From Candidatus Poribacteria bacterium (GTDB lineage Bacteria > Poribacteria > WGA-4E > WGA-3G): a stretch of DNA of 64,000 bases. The DNA is taken from the NCBI GenBank assembly GCA_965197475.1, contig CBDANF010000003.1:1152001-1216000 (forward strand), written 5' to 3'. The first letter of the stretch is position 1, and the number at the start of each line of letters is the position of its first letter. Under the pieces are notes generated by a model. That model did not search any database. It was given only the letters and a program-made list of their open reading frames with translations, and was not told where the DNA came from. Positions 10,733 through 21,400 of this stretch are shown here, piece after piece. The translations under genes were made by a program, and so were the position numbers.

Positions 10733-11563
10733 TTAAGACAAGTTTTTTTGCTCAAATTCCACAGGTGTCAAATACCCTAACGCAGAGTGAGGGCGTTTGT
10801 GATTATATACTTGTGTAATAAAATGCCCAATGCGGGCTCTCGCTTCGTGGATGTCCTCATAGTCGTTGAGATGAACTTCTTCTTCCTTGAGCGTGCGGAT
10901 AAGTCTTTCAGCATATCCGTTCTCCCAAGGACACCCTCTCCGGGCGACTGAAATCTCAATCCCATGATGCCTAAGCAGTGAGATGGACGCATTTGAAAGA
11001 TATTGAACGCCTTGATCAGAATGATGGATCTCTGGGACATTTTGACATAATGCTGTCTCCAAAGGTTTCAACGTTAGAGATTGCGTCAAGTGTTGACTGA
11101 TATACCACCCTCTGATCATGCGAGTGAAGACATCCATGAGCAGACAAACATAGATAAAGTGTCCTTTGAGGCGGACGTAGGTGATATCGCCCACCCAGAC
11201 CTGATCACATCGGGAGACATCAAGGTTTTCAAGGCGATTGCTCCAGGGACGCACACCCGCAACGGATGTCGTGGTTTGACAGACACGCTTGACAGAAACC
11301 GAGAGGTTGGCGGACTTCATCAATCGGGCAACACGTTTATACCCGATGGTGTATCCGCTACGCACCAACAACTGTGTGGGACGCCTATATCCGTATGTTG
11401 GATATAGCAAAGATAACGTCTCTATTTCATCCTGGAGGCCCGCTTCACACGGGGCCTGCTTGGGGTGATAATAGAGGTTGCTTCGGTTGAAACCGAGTGT
11501 CTCACATATCTGCCGAACCGAAAAGTCTGTCCGTAATGCCGTAACCATTTCTCGTTGCTCCAT
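10733..11563 (-). CDS. IS3 OrfB DDE transposase
   Basis: WVGDITY, HHSDQGVQY, ENGYAERLIRTLKEE, YNHKRPHSALGY. Confidence 0.93.
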   Translation of the reverse strand: MEQREMVTALRTDFSVRQICETLGFNRSNLYYHPKQAPCEAGLQDEIETLSLLYPTYGYRRPTQLLVRSGYTIGYKRVARLMKSANLSVSVKRVCQTTTSVAGVRPWSNRLENLDVSRCDQVWVGDITYVRLKGHFIYVCLLMDVFTRMIRGWYISQHLTQSLTLKPLETALCQNVPEIHHSDQGVQYLSNASISLLRHHGIEISVARRGCPWENGYAERLIRTLKEEEVHLNDYEDIHEARARIGHFITQVYNHKRPHSALGYLTPVEFEQKNLS

Positions 11564-11568
11564 CGGGG

Positions 11569-11859
11569 TTAGCTCAAGTAAGTTGAGGCTTTTTTTTGGA
11601 TGTCAAGTGCCAGGGTCAACCGCCCAACGAGTTGCTCAAGTTGGGCGATCCGCTCCGCAGAGGCATCAGACTGTTTATCAGCGGGTTCAAAGAGGGTCGC
11701 CGCTTTTTCAAGAAGCTGTCGCTTCCACTTTGAAAGTTGTTCATCGATGAGGTTATGTCGCCGACACACTTCTGCTTGGGAACTTTCAACGCTGAGAGCC
11801 TCAAGAACAACTTCGGCTTTAAACTCGGGGGTGAAGTTTCTTCGTTTTCGTTTCGCCAT
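11569..11859 (-). CDS. IS3 OrfA (HTH)
   Basis: RRNFTPEFKAEVVLE...LSKWKRQ, followed by a leucine-zipper-like segment. Confidence 0.92.
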   Translation of the reverse strand: MAKRKRRNFTPEFKAEVVLEALSVESSQAEVCRRHNLIDEQLSKWKRQLLEKAATLFEPADKQSDASAERIAQLEQLVGRLTLALDIQKKASTYLS

Positions 11860-12261
11860 CGGATACTCCTTTCAAGGAGATGGATATTATACCATAATCT
11901 TGTCTTAGAGAGTGGCCCGAATTTCCGATGGCAGTACACTGCCAGAATTCAATCCATACGCGATGGGCTCTTTAGATGTAACTTCTCGGTCATCTCTCAA
12001 TCTCCCTGTGGATTTTGTCACGTTCACAACGCCCTGGTGCACGGGCAGTTCGGAGCATGTCCCAGGCCCGTGCCCTGGAGACTAAAACCTCTTGACTTTG
12101 GCACACATAACCTAAAAGCAAGTACTACGGTACTTGCTTTTTTTTATAAACGTTTTAATTCTGTTGTTGCTATTCTTATTATAACCACGCAGCCTACATC
12201 TTACACAAAGTGGATATTTTTCGTAAGTTATGCTATTCTTTTAACAAGAGGAGGGAAAACA

Positions 12262-12765
12262 ATGCGAAAATTGTGGATAAAGTGGACTGTGCATATCTTA
12301 GGATCTGTTGTGTTATTCTGTTGTGTCTTTGCATGGGCACAGAAAAGTGATGCCCCAGTGAAGGAAGGTATCACTTTGGCGGATCTCGGTGTGACACCGG
12401 AACAGAAAACCCAAATTGAGGCGATGTGGAAACTGAAACGCCAGAAACATATACAGGCAGTCAAATATTTGAAAACCTTGAATCGGTTTGTAAAGGATTC
12501 GCTTATTAAGGATAAAGAGATTCGGGAGACGTTGGAGAAGTTCCGCACGAAACGGAAAGAGCTGCAAGATCAGATTGATAAGGCAGAAAAAGCGTTAGGA
12601 CAAACATTACCGGCACGGGCACAACTTCATCTGACGGTTTTGGGTATTTTGGAAAACGGTTTGCCACGTAGAATTGCGAGGACAAAAACGGATAAAGAGG
12701 CTGGACAAAAAAATAGCGATGGCTCAACACCTGCTGAACAACCGCAGGACAAAATACCGCAATAA
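12262..12765 (+). CDS. Secreted helical protein, Spy/CpxP-like
   Basis: GGAGG RBS, signal peptide ending AWA-Q, LGVTPEQK motif. The ORF-track start at 11737 is spurious. Confidence 0.7.
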   Translation: MRKLWIKWTVHILGSVVLFCCVFAWAQKSDAPVKEGITLADLGVTPEQKTQIEAMWKLKRQKHIQAVKYLKTLNRFVKDSLIKDKEIRETLEKFRTKRKELQDQIDKAEKALGQTLPARAQLHLTVLGILENGLPRRIARTKTDKEAGQKNSDGSTPAEQPQDKIPQ

Positions 12766-12769
12766 AAAA

Positions 12770-12845
12770 TGGTGGAGGATACCAGACTTGAACTGGTGAC
12801 CCCTTGCATGCCATGCAAGTGCTCTCCCAACTGAGCTAATCCCCC
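12770..12845 (-). tRNA. tRNA-Ala(GGC)
   Basis: GGGGGATTAGCTCAGTTGGGAGAGCACTTGCATGGCATGCAAGGGGTCACCAGTTCAAGTCTGGTATCCTCCACCA; anticodon GGC, G3-U70 pair, encoded CCA. Confidence 0.97.
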
Positions 12846-12919
12846 ACTTGATTTAACTTTTTTAATGATAACATATATCCGCGTAAAAAGCAAATAAAAT
12901 TTAAGTTTTCAGGAAAATT

Positions 12920-13753
12920 ATGAAAAATAGTGAAACTGACGTATTTTTTTATTTTGCAGACCAGCCAGATAGCGAGGTTGGACTCGCTACCGGTGCATTA
13001 CTTATTGCACAAAGCGAATATCCGGATGTCAATATTGACGGTTACCTTCAGAAATTAGATCAAATGGCTGATGAAGTCAGGGAGAGGGTTTGTGAGATAG
13101 CACCTCCGCACGAACAGATTGCTGAATACAATCGGTATTTCTTTGCAGAAAACAGGTTTAAAAGAGAAGTAACCGGTTTTTACGATCCTGCTAACAACTA
13201 TCTCAACGATGTTATTGATAGAAGAACTGGTATTGATGTGACGCTTTACATCCTGTATATTGAAATCGGTAGAAAAGCAGGATTACCGATCTCCGCTATC
13301 AATGTGCCCTGTTATTCCATTGCCAGGTACAAATTCAAGCATTTTGATATTTTTTTAGATTTAGGTGATGAAGGGCGAATTATATCTGAACAGGTATTCC
13401 AAGAGAAGTTAGAAAGTATATATGGTGAGGAGGCTTACCTTGAACGTAGATCGCTCAATAAAGATGCGAATAAGGAGACATTAGCTCGCATTTTGCGTAA
13501 TCTGGCGCGGATATACACCGATGAAAATGAATATGAAAAAGCGATTCAAGCACTCAAACGTGTTACATGGCTTATACCGCAGTATATGACCCCGTATCGT
13601 CGCCTCGGACATCTTTTCTATCAGATAAGAGATTATAATGAAGCACTCATTGCTTTTGAAACATACCTCAGCGGTGTAGAGAGTCCATCAATCGAAGAAA
13701 GTGTCATTGATAATATTCTAATGCTTCGAAAAATACTGGCGAAGCTGAATTGA
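12920..13753 (+). CDS. SirB1-like transglutaminase-fold protein with C-terminal TPR
   Basis: YDPANNYLNDVIDRRTGI, LARILRNL, TPR tail. Confidence 0.85.
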   Translation: MKNSETDVFFYFADQPDSEVGLATGALLIAQSEYPDVNIDGYLQKLDQMADEVRERVCEIAPPHEQIAEYNRYFFAENRFKREVTGFYDPANNYLNDVIDRRTGIDVTLYILYIEIGRKAGLPISAINVPCYSIARYKFKHFDIFLDLGDEGRIISEQVFQEKLESIYGEEAYLERRSLNKDANKETLARILRNLARIYTDENEYEKAIQALKRVTWLIPQYMTPYRRLGHLFYQIRDYNEALIAFETYLSGVESPSIEESVIDNILMLRKILAKLN

Positions 13754-13763
13754 AGGAGTCCCT

Positions 13764-15155
13764 ATGATTAGCAAAACTGAAATTACCAGCGAAAAATTAA
13801 ATCCGAATTCACCTTTTTTCTCCGTTGCCCTCGCACCGACCAACGAGGAACAACATCTGCTTTTTACGCTCAAAAACCTCGGCAAACTGCCAGAAGGTTT
13901 TGATGGACAGTTGTTTGTGCCTTTATTGGAACACCACAACCCGAAAATTCGGTGTCTCGCAATAAAAAATGTTGGAAAGCTAAAAGACGAACGTTTTTTA
14001 TCAAAACTCGTCGCGTTTGCTGAAACCGAGAAAAACACAATCGCTCGCCGTGAAGCCGTATCAGCAATAGGCAGACTCAAAACCGAAAACGCAATTCCGA
14101 TTTTGACCCATTTTACCTTGGATACTGATCCAAAGATTATACTGCAGGCACTACGCGGATTGCTTTATTTCAGAGAACATCCCGAAGTTAAAACGGCGTT
14201 AGCCTCACTTGCTGAACATCCTAATGAGTTGATTCGGGAGCATATAGCGAGAGAACTGAAGTGTCATGACCGAACGGACACCTCCAAAACGCGAAACCAT
14301 CCTATCAGTCCAGATTCACTTAAAAATGTAATGGTATGTGCTGATGTTCAGGATGTGTTAAAAGTTATTCCGGACGAGTCTATCCATCTTACTTTTACAT
14401 CTCCACCGTATTACAATGCGCGCGACTATACCATTTTTCCGAGTTATGAGGCATATCTCGACTTTCTGACCGCTGTATTCAGGGAGACGCATCGTATTAC
14501 CAAAGAGGGAAGATTTTTCGTACTTAATACGTCACCTATTATCGTGCCGCGCATTAGCCGTGCACATTCCAGTAAACGGTATGCAATCCCTTACGACATT
14601 CACCCGCGCCTTACCGAGATCGGGTGGGAGTTTATTGACGACATTGTATGGGTTAAACCTGATTACGCTGCGAAAAATCGAAATGGCGGATTTTTCCAAC
14701 ATCGTAAACCGCTCGGTTACAAGGCGAATTCAGTTACTGAAAGTGTTATGGTGTATCGCAAGAAAACAGATAAGTTAATTGATTGGAATCTCCGACAGTA
14801 TGACGACGATACTATTGCTGCGAGCAAAGTTATGGGTGAATATGAAAAAACGAATGTTTGGCAAATCAATCCAGCAACAGATAAAGTTCACCCGGCGGTT
14901 TTTCCAACTGAATTAGCTGCGCGTGTCGTTCAGTATTATTCTTTTAAAGAGGATCTCGTTTTCGACCCATTTGGCGGGAGTGGGACTGTTGGACACGTTG
15001 CTCTGACTTATGAAAGATATTTTTTCCTCTGTGAAAAAGAGGCAGAGTATGTTGAACGCGCCAAACTAATGCTTGAAGCTGCTTTGTTTTCTACAACAAA
15101 GCCCCGTTTTTTTTCACTAACAGAGTTACAAACTGAGATAGTTGAAGGAAATTAG
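13764..15155 (+). CDS. Beta-class (probably N4-cytosine) DNA methyltransferase with N-terminal HEAT repeats
   Basis: Motif IV TSPPY precedes HPAVFP and motif I DPFGGSGT; HEAT-like repeats in roughly residues 35-165. Confidence 0.9.
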   Translation: MISKTEITSEKLNPNSPFFSVALAPTNEEQHLLFTLKNLGKLPEGFDGQLFVPLLEHHNPKIRCLAIKNVGKLKDERFLSKLVAFAETEKNTIARREAVSAIGRLKTENAIPILTHFTLDTDPKIILQALRGLLYFREHPEVKTALASLAEHPNELIREHIARELKCHDRTDTSKTRNHPISPDSLKNVMVCADVQDVLKVIPDESIHLTFTSPPYYNARDYTIFPSYEAYLDFLTAVFRETHRITKEGRFFVLNTSPIIVPRISRAHSSKRYAIPYDIHPRLTEIGWEFIDDIVWVKPDYAAKNRNGGFFQHRKPLGYKANSVTESVMVYRKKTDKLIDWNLRQYDDDTIAASKVMGEYEKTNVWQINPATDKVHPAVFPTELAARVVQYYSFKEDLVFDPFGGSGTVGHVALTYERYFFLCEKEAEYVERAKLMLEAALFSTTKPRFFSLTELQTEIVEGN

Positions 15156-15160
15156 AAATT

Positions 15161-16153
15161 ATGACTATTACCGGTATTGTTATTAAAAATATTATCCGTA
15201 GACTCCTAGCAGGGGAGGATTACCGCTCCGAAGTTCTGGCATTAATTAACGCTGAATTTTTGGAATACGCTGTTGATTTTTTCAAGCGTGTAGCTTGTGC
15301 AAAGTTAGATAATATATCTGTAACGGTTGACTGGTACAAAAAGGAATTCCTCAATTCAGATTCATATCCCCCACAAGAAATCGCTATTCATTCAGGTCTG
15401 AATAAAAAAACAATTACAAATACATACAATTCAGCTAGCAAAAAAATTGTGTTAGAAGCATCCCTAAAACACTATGATACACTCTATAACGCCATTAACA
15501 GTTTGACTGAACAAGATGACCTTGATGTGTCGCTCACCATAAAATTCCGAGACGTTAGTGTTGATTTGAATATTAACGAGAGTTTAATTGTCATTAATAC
15601 ACTTGCTGTCAAACGCTCTGCCCTCCGTGGAGCATTATGGAGTACATCAGGGAAACAGGTCGAAAAACCTTTGATAGTTACGCTTTGCGCACTTTTCCAA
15701 GTACCGAAAAAATGCTATGATCAGAGGAATCTTCCAGAATCAGAACGAGAATCCGATTTTTATCTGTTTGATGAAACGGGAAAAGATTATCCTTGTGAAG
15801 TTAAGTTGATGGGAAAAGGTAATCCTGAAAGTGCAGATGCAGTATTCGCTCGCGGAGGTCGTGTTCTTGTTGCCAACAAACTCTCTGATACCAACAAACA
15901 ACAGATGGATAAAAATGGTATTCTCTGGGTGGAACTTCAAACTAAAGACGGATATAAACGGTTTGAGCATGTTCTTAAAACTCTGTCAATTCCTTGTAAA
16001 CCTTTTACTGGAAATCTCGAAGAAGCATTAGATAAAATTTTATCCATTATTCTTTCCGATGATGTCCAAGATTCTGTAACTCCAGAGGTGGTTTTGCAAG
16101 AGAATTTGCTTAATGACAACTCCGACTCAGAATTGCTAATTGAATTTGAATGA
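15161..16153 (+). CDS. Type II restriction endonuclease, CfrBI-like
   Basis: GKQVEKPL, RESDFYL...CEVKLMGKGNPESADA PD-(D/E)xK core; directly after the MTase. Confidence 0.8.
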   Translation: MTITGIVIKNIIRRLLAGEDYRSEVLALINAEFLEYAVDFFKRVACAKLDNISVTVDWYKKEFLNSDSYPPQEIAIHSGLNKKTITNTYNSASKKIVLEASLKHYDTLYNAINSLTEQDDLDVSLTIKFRDVSVDLNINESLIVINTLAVKRSALRGALWSTSGKQVEKPLIVTLCALFQVPKKCYDQRNLPESERESDFYLFDETGKDYPCEVKLMGKGNPESADAVFARGGRVLVANKLSDTNKQQMDKNGILWVELQTKDGYKRFEHVLKTLSIPCKPFTGNLEEALDKILSIILSDDVQDSVTPEVVLQENLLNDNSDSELLIEFE

Positions 16154-16830
16154 AAATCTTAGGTATTGACACCTCAACCCCTATCGGCAGTGTTGCGCTC
16201 ATAGATGGCGAGAATATAGTCGCTGAACATACCCTCAATATCGTCCAAGCACACTCCTCCAGACTGATGCCCGCAATTGATAATGTTTTAAAGTGGGGGG
16301 ACATTACGCCAGATGGCTTAGACGGGTGTGCTGTCGGTATTGGTCCGGGGTCTTTTACCGGTATCCGTATCGGTGTTGCGACAGCGAAGTCGCTCTGCTA
16401 TGCCGTTGATAGACCGATTGTTGGTGTTTCGACTTTAGAGGCAATTGCATATAACCTGCGGTGGACAGATGGCGTTGTGTGTCCGATTCTTGATGCTCGG
16501 CGGCGTGAAATCTATGGATGTGTTTTTCGCGGCGGGACAGAATGGCAACGTCTCACTGACGATCTCTGCTTACCGATTGATGCGTTCTTAGACGAACTTG
16601 ATAGCCATATCTCACCAGATTGTGCTAACATTTTCGTTGGTGACGGTCTTGCGACCTATGGGGATAAAGTTCGAGAGAGGCATGGTGAGATGGCACATTT
16701 CGCAGATACTATTTTCAATGTTCCGCGCGGTGCAACTATTGCCAAACTCGGCGCGCAACGTCTGAAGCAAGACGATAGCGATAGTTATTGGACTTTAGTG
16801 CCGAACTATGTTAGAATCGGATTATATTAA
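16150..16830 (+). CDS. tsaB: tRNA threonylcarbamoyladenosine biosynthesis protein TsaB
   Basis: ILGIDTST, HSSRLMP, GPGSFTGIRIG, DARRREIY. Confidence 0.95.
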   Translation: MKILGIDTSTPIGSVALIDGENIVAEHTLNIVQAHSSRLMPAIDNVLKWGDITPDGLDGCAVGIGPGSFTGIRIGVATAKSLCYAVDRPIVGVSTLEAIAYNLRWTDGVVCPILDARRREIYGCVFRGGTEWQRLTDDLCLPIDAFLDELDSHISPDCANIFVGDGLATYGDKVRERHGEMAHFADTIFNVPRGATIAKLGAQRLKQDDSDSYWTLVPNYVRIGLY

Positions 16831-16893
16831 CAACTCACAACCAAAAACTGATTCCTAAATAACCTGCCCGTTTTCAATTCACTCTACCCTGAA

Positions 16894-18315
16894 ATGAATC
16901 GCATTCTAAAAAACACGTCCACCCTTTTTGGCGCACACCTTATTGGCCGCCTTGGCTCACTCGTCCTAACGCTCTGGCTGATGCCTCGTGTTTTTACGGA
17001 GAGTGAAATAGGCGGTTATTTTGTTGCAATCGCCTTGACAAACCTCATCGCAAGTGTGACGGAGCTCGGTATACATAACCCATTAATTCGGGAGATGACA
17101 CTGGATCTGCAACAAACACGCCACTACCTCGGCAACGCACTCCTTGTTCGTCTTATCTTGTCGGTTGTAGCATACACGCTCATGATTATAAGCGGTGTCT
17201 CTCTCGGATACGCCTCAACAATCGTGACGATGATAGCCTATTTAGGGTTAGCGGAGATTGTTAATTCCATCGCACAACTCTATAGATGCGTTTTTCGGGC
17301 ACATGAGGAGATGAAATATGAGGCGTTGACGGTGGTTGCTGAACGCGGTGTGTTTTTTCTCGTCGGTGGCGGTGCAATTCTGCTCGGATATGGACTTGTG
17401 AATGTGTGTCAGGTGATGTTGATAGCGAGTTGTATTAATCTGATTTTGAGCATCGGATTCACCCGATATCGCTTCACGCCGCTCCGCTTTGAACCGAGTC
17501 ATCAGATTGTAGTGGTGCTGATGCAGCAGGCACTTCCGTTTGCAGTTGGCAATCTGTTCAACCTGCTCTATTTTCGGGTTGATGCGATTATGCTGTCGAA
17601 ACTGAGTCCTTATGGTGTAGATGCGAATACGTGGTACGGTCTGGCGTATACGATTGTCAATGCGTTCACAACGCTACCGGGGGCGTTTATGATGGGTGCG
17701 ATGTTTCCTGTGCTATCTCGTGCGTATGAAAAGGAACGGGATAGGTTGTCGGAGGCATATACATTCGGTGTGCGATGGATGGTGATATGCGGCGTGCCGT
17801 TAGCAGTTGGACTGGCAACGCTTTCCCACGAAATTACCGTTGTGTTGTTCTCTACTTACGCGCAGGATACCGTAGCGAAAATTGCAACGGCGTTGCGATG
17901 GCTAAGTGCATCGGGCGGTATGATTTTCTTGACAACCGTTGTCTTGACGATGCTGCGGGCTGCAGATAAACGGCGTGCGTTTTCAGTACTTATGGGAACA
18001 ACGGCACTTCTGAATATCGGTTTGAACCTGATTCTGATACCGCGTTTCAGTCATGTTGGTGCAGCGGTTGCTATGGTTATAAGTGAGGCGTATCTGCTTA
18101 TCGTCGGGTTTGGTTATATTTCAAAACGGATTGCTAAACTTACTGAAACTCGTTTTATCTTTAAAACTATCATGCTTTCTGCTGTGATGGGAGCAGGTTT
18201 AGTATTGTTAAAAGGGATTCTGTCTATTTGGATTCTGATTCCGTTGGCGATGCTGTTTTATGGTGGTGGGATTGTTGTGTTGGGGGAATTTCGGACGAAA
18301 TTTGCGTTTGATTAA
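16894..18315 (+). CDS. Wzx-like polysaccharide flippase (MOP superfamily)
   Basis: Many TM helices; YFRVDAIMLS, LNLILIPRFSHVGAAVA. Confidence 0.88.
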   Translation: MNRILKNTSTLFGAHLIGRLGSLVLTLWLMPRVFTESEIGGYFVAIALTNLIASVTELGIHNPLIREMTLDLQQTRHYLGNALLVRLILSVVAYTLMIISGVSLGYASTIVTMIAYLGLAEIVNSIAQLYRCVFRAHEEMKYEALTVVAERGVFFLVGGGAILLGYGLVNVCQVMLIASCINLILSIGFTRYRFTPLRFEPSHQIVVVLMQQALPFAVGNLFNLLYFRVDAIMLSKLSPYGVDANTWYGLAYTIVNAFTTLPGAFMMGAMFPVLSRAYEKERDRLSEAYTFGVRWMVICGVPLAVGLATLSHEITVVLFSTYAQDTVAKIATALRWLSASGGMIFLTTVVLTMLRAADKRRAFSVLMGTTALLNIGLNLILIPRFSHVGAAVAMVISEAYLLIVGFGYISKRIAKLTETRFIFKTIMLSAVMGAGLVLLKGILSIWILIPLAMLFYGGGIVVLGEFRTKFAFD

Positions 18316-18322
18316 ATCTCAA

Positions 18323-18443
18323 CAGGACTTACGCATTCCCCCTTGATATGGGGGTTAGGGGGTTAAATAGGCAGAATTTAGTGCTTTTAACCCCCTAAAT
18401 CCCCCTTATCAGTGGGACTTTTAAACACATTGCGTAAGTCCTG
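18323..18443. mobile_element. MITE with 13-bp TIR CAGGACTTACGCA and 5-bp target duplication CTCAA
   Basis: CTCAA|CAGGACTTACGCA...TGCGTAAGTCCTG|CTCAA; internal G/C-run inverted repeat. Confidence 0.88.
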
Positions 18444-18492
18444 CTCAAAAAGAAATCTTGCGCTTATGATTTAAAGCATATATAATAGAAAT

Positions 18493-21400
18493 ATGAGTTT
18501 CCAAACACACTGTGACCGCTATTTAGAGAGGATAAACCAAACACGATCCGACCCTGACGCAACCCCTGAACTCTCTTTGCTCCCGCACCTCAAAACGTTC
18601 CTTGAAGAGATTGCCGTTGAATTTTTTGACAGACCTGACATAACATTCACACTGGAACCGAGACAAATTGACCAGATCGGACGACCAGATTTTATAGCAC
18701 GTGACGGATTGCTACCCCTTGGCTATATTGAGGCAGAGGCATACGACAGAGACCTTGACAGACTCACAGGACATGCCAGAGAACAAAATGAACGTTTTAG
18801 GGAAAACCTTGATAACTTTATTCTCACCAATTTCATCGATTTTGAGTTGTGGATAGATGGACAACGCAACACGACAGCACGAATTTTAGAGAACACAAGT
18901 GATTTAGAGGTATTATTAGAGCGGTTTCTGAGTGCCACACCTGTCCAAATTGAGACACCGATAGCACTTGCAAAATACCTGGCAAGACGGACACGCGAAT
19001 TACAAACGCAGATCGCAACGACTCTCACCGATGAAAACAGCAATACCTACGGCATGTTTACAGCGTTCAAGGAGACGCTTCTCCCTACGCTAACTCGCGA
19101 TGATTTCGCGGATATGTACGCGCAAACCTTGACTTACGGATTATTCGCTGCACGTTGCACAGTGCCGAATGCAACAAATTTTTCACGACACACCGCCGCT
19201 GGTGCACTGCCAAGTTCAAACCCGTTCCTCAAACAACTCTTTCACCACGTTGCCTTACCGACACTGGAAACTAACGTCACCTACATTCTGGATAATATCG
19301 CAACACTCCTCCGAAACGTGCCGACAGAGATGCTCCGCACGGCGTTTACTGCCAGAAACCCTCTTGAAGATCCAGTAATTCATTTCTACGAGACGTTCCT
19401 AAAAGAATATAATCCAAAACTCCGCTTTGATCGTGGGGTTTTTTATACACCACCACAAGTTATCTCCTACATTGTTCGCTCAGTGGATAGCCTGCTGAAA
19501 ACAGAACTCAACAGAACCGATGGACTTGCCGATGACAATACCTTGATCCTTGACCCCGCAACAGGTACAGGTGGTTTCTTACTGACGGTGTTGGACCATA
19601 TCCGAGAATATGTCACTACCAATTACGGCACCGGAGATTGGAATCAGTATATCAACGCGCAGCTCGTTAAGCGGATTTTCGGGTTTGAGCTGCTTGTCGC
19701 ACCATATACAATCGCGCATCTGAAGTTGAGCCTGTTTCTGCAAGCGCAAGGGTGGCACGCGAATGAACGTCTCGGAATCTATCTTACCAATGCTTTGGAA
19801 CAACCGGATGAAATGCAGGCTCCTCTGCCTTTTGCTGCGTTTATCTCTGATGAGGCAAACGCAGCACTCTCCGTGAAACGGGACGAACCCATCCTTGTCA
19901 TTCTCGGCAATCCGCCTTATAAGCGTCATTCTGTTAACCCAAGCCGTGTGGGTAGAAATTTAACCTTTATTGGTGAACTCATTGAGGATTATAAACAGGT
20001 AGATGGGGAACCGCTAGATGAAAAGAATCCAAAAGCACTTCAGGATGACTATGTGAAGTTTATCCGATGGGCACAGTGGCGAATTGATAAAAACGGTGAA
20101 GGTGTTATCGGTTATATTGTCAACAATAATTTCCTTGACGCAACCACCGTTCGAGGCATGCGGCAAAATCTGTTAGACAGTTTCAACGCTATCTACGTAC
20201 TCAATTTACACGGTAGTATAATAAAACCAGAAGCTGTCCCTAAAGGAAAAGAAGACCAAAACGTATTTGATATAGAACTGGGAGTTACTATTCTGCTATG
20301 TGTAAAAGAACGTAACAATCCTTCCCCTGCAAAGGTCTATTACGCGGATATGTGGGGACTCCGTGAGGAAAAATACAAAAAACTTTCGGAAACCGATGTT
20401 CAAACCACAGAGTGGACTGAACTACAACCGACATCATCCTATTACCTTTTTGTGCCGCAAGAAACAGACTACAGTGCTGAATATGAAAGTGGATGGAAAA
20501 TTACGGACATCTTCCAAACCAGTTCAATTGGTGTTGTCACCGCAAGAGATAGATTAACAATTCAACGGACTGCTGAAGCGATTCGTGAAACGGTAACTGA
20601 TTTTGTTTCACTTTCTATAGACGAAGCGCGGGAAAAATACAAATTAGGAAAGGATAGCCAAGATTGGAAGGTCCACCTCGCCCAGGCGGATCTCCGTAGT
20701 CACCCTGATACCGTACAGCACATAACGCCAATTCGCTATCGTCCCTTTGACGCGCGCTGGACATATTACACTGGACAATCAAACGGATTTCATTGTAGAC
20801 CTCGTCCTGTTAACATGTCTCATTTACTCCAAGAAAATCTTGCTCTGTGTGTCTGCCGTATTGTCCCAAGTCCTGTGTGGCAACACGCCTTGGTAACAGA
20901 TCAGATTACTGAAAATTGTTACGTTTCAAACAGAGGGAGTGAATCCGGGCATGTGTTTCCGCTCTACTTGTATCCAGATTCAGAGGCATTATTAGGCTCA
21001 ACAGAACGAGAACTTAATTTCAAACCTGCCTTTCTCACTGCACTCGCGGAGACGTTAGAATTACCACAGACTCCACCGTTAAAACTTCCTGAGGGTGTCG
21101 CACCAGAGAAGATTCTCGCTTATATCTATGCTGTGCTTTATAGCCCTACCTACCGTGAACGTTATTATGAGTTTCTAAAATACGATTTTCCACGTATCCC
21201 TTTACCGCAGGATATTGATCAATTCCGCAATCTTGCAGCGTTGGGGCAGGAATTGATTAGTTGGCATCTGTTAAAGGATATGCAGATTCCAGCTCGCCAT
21301 CGGTTTGAAGGTGAAGGTGACGGTGTTGTCGGAAAGCCTCGTTATGAAGATGGCAATGTTTGGATCAATGCTACGCAGCATTTTACGGATGTGTCTGCGG

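Larger units (their letters stand above)
10694..11938 (-). mobile_element. IS3-family insertion sequence
   Basis: TG...CA ends; imperfect IRs TGAAGTGCTACCGTTTATTCAGACCA / TGTACTGCCATCGGAAATTCGGGCCA; orfA plus orfB. Confidence 0.92.

Noticed and set aside
11737-12261. N-terminal extension of the 342-aa ORF
   Set aside because: It overlaps IS3 orfA antisense; a clear RBS and signal peptide start at 12262.
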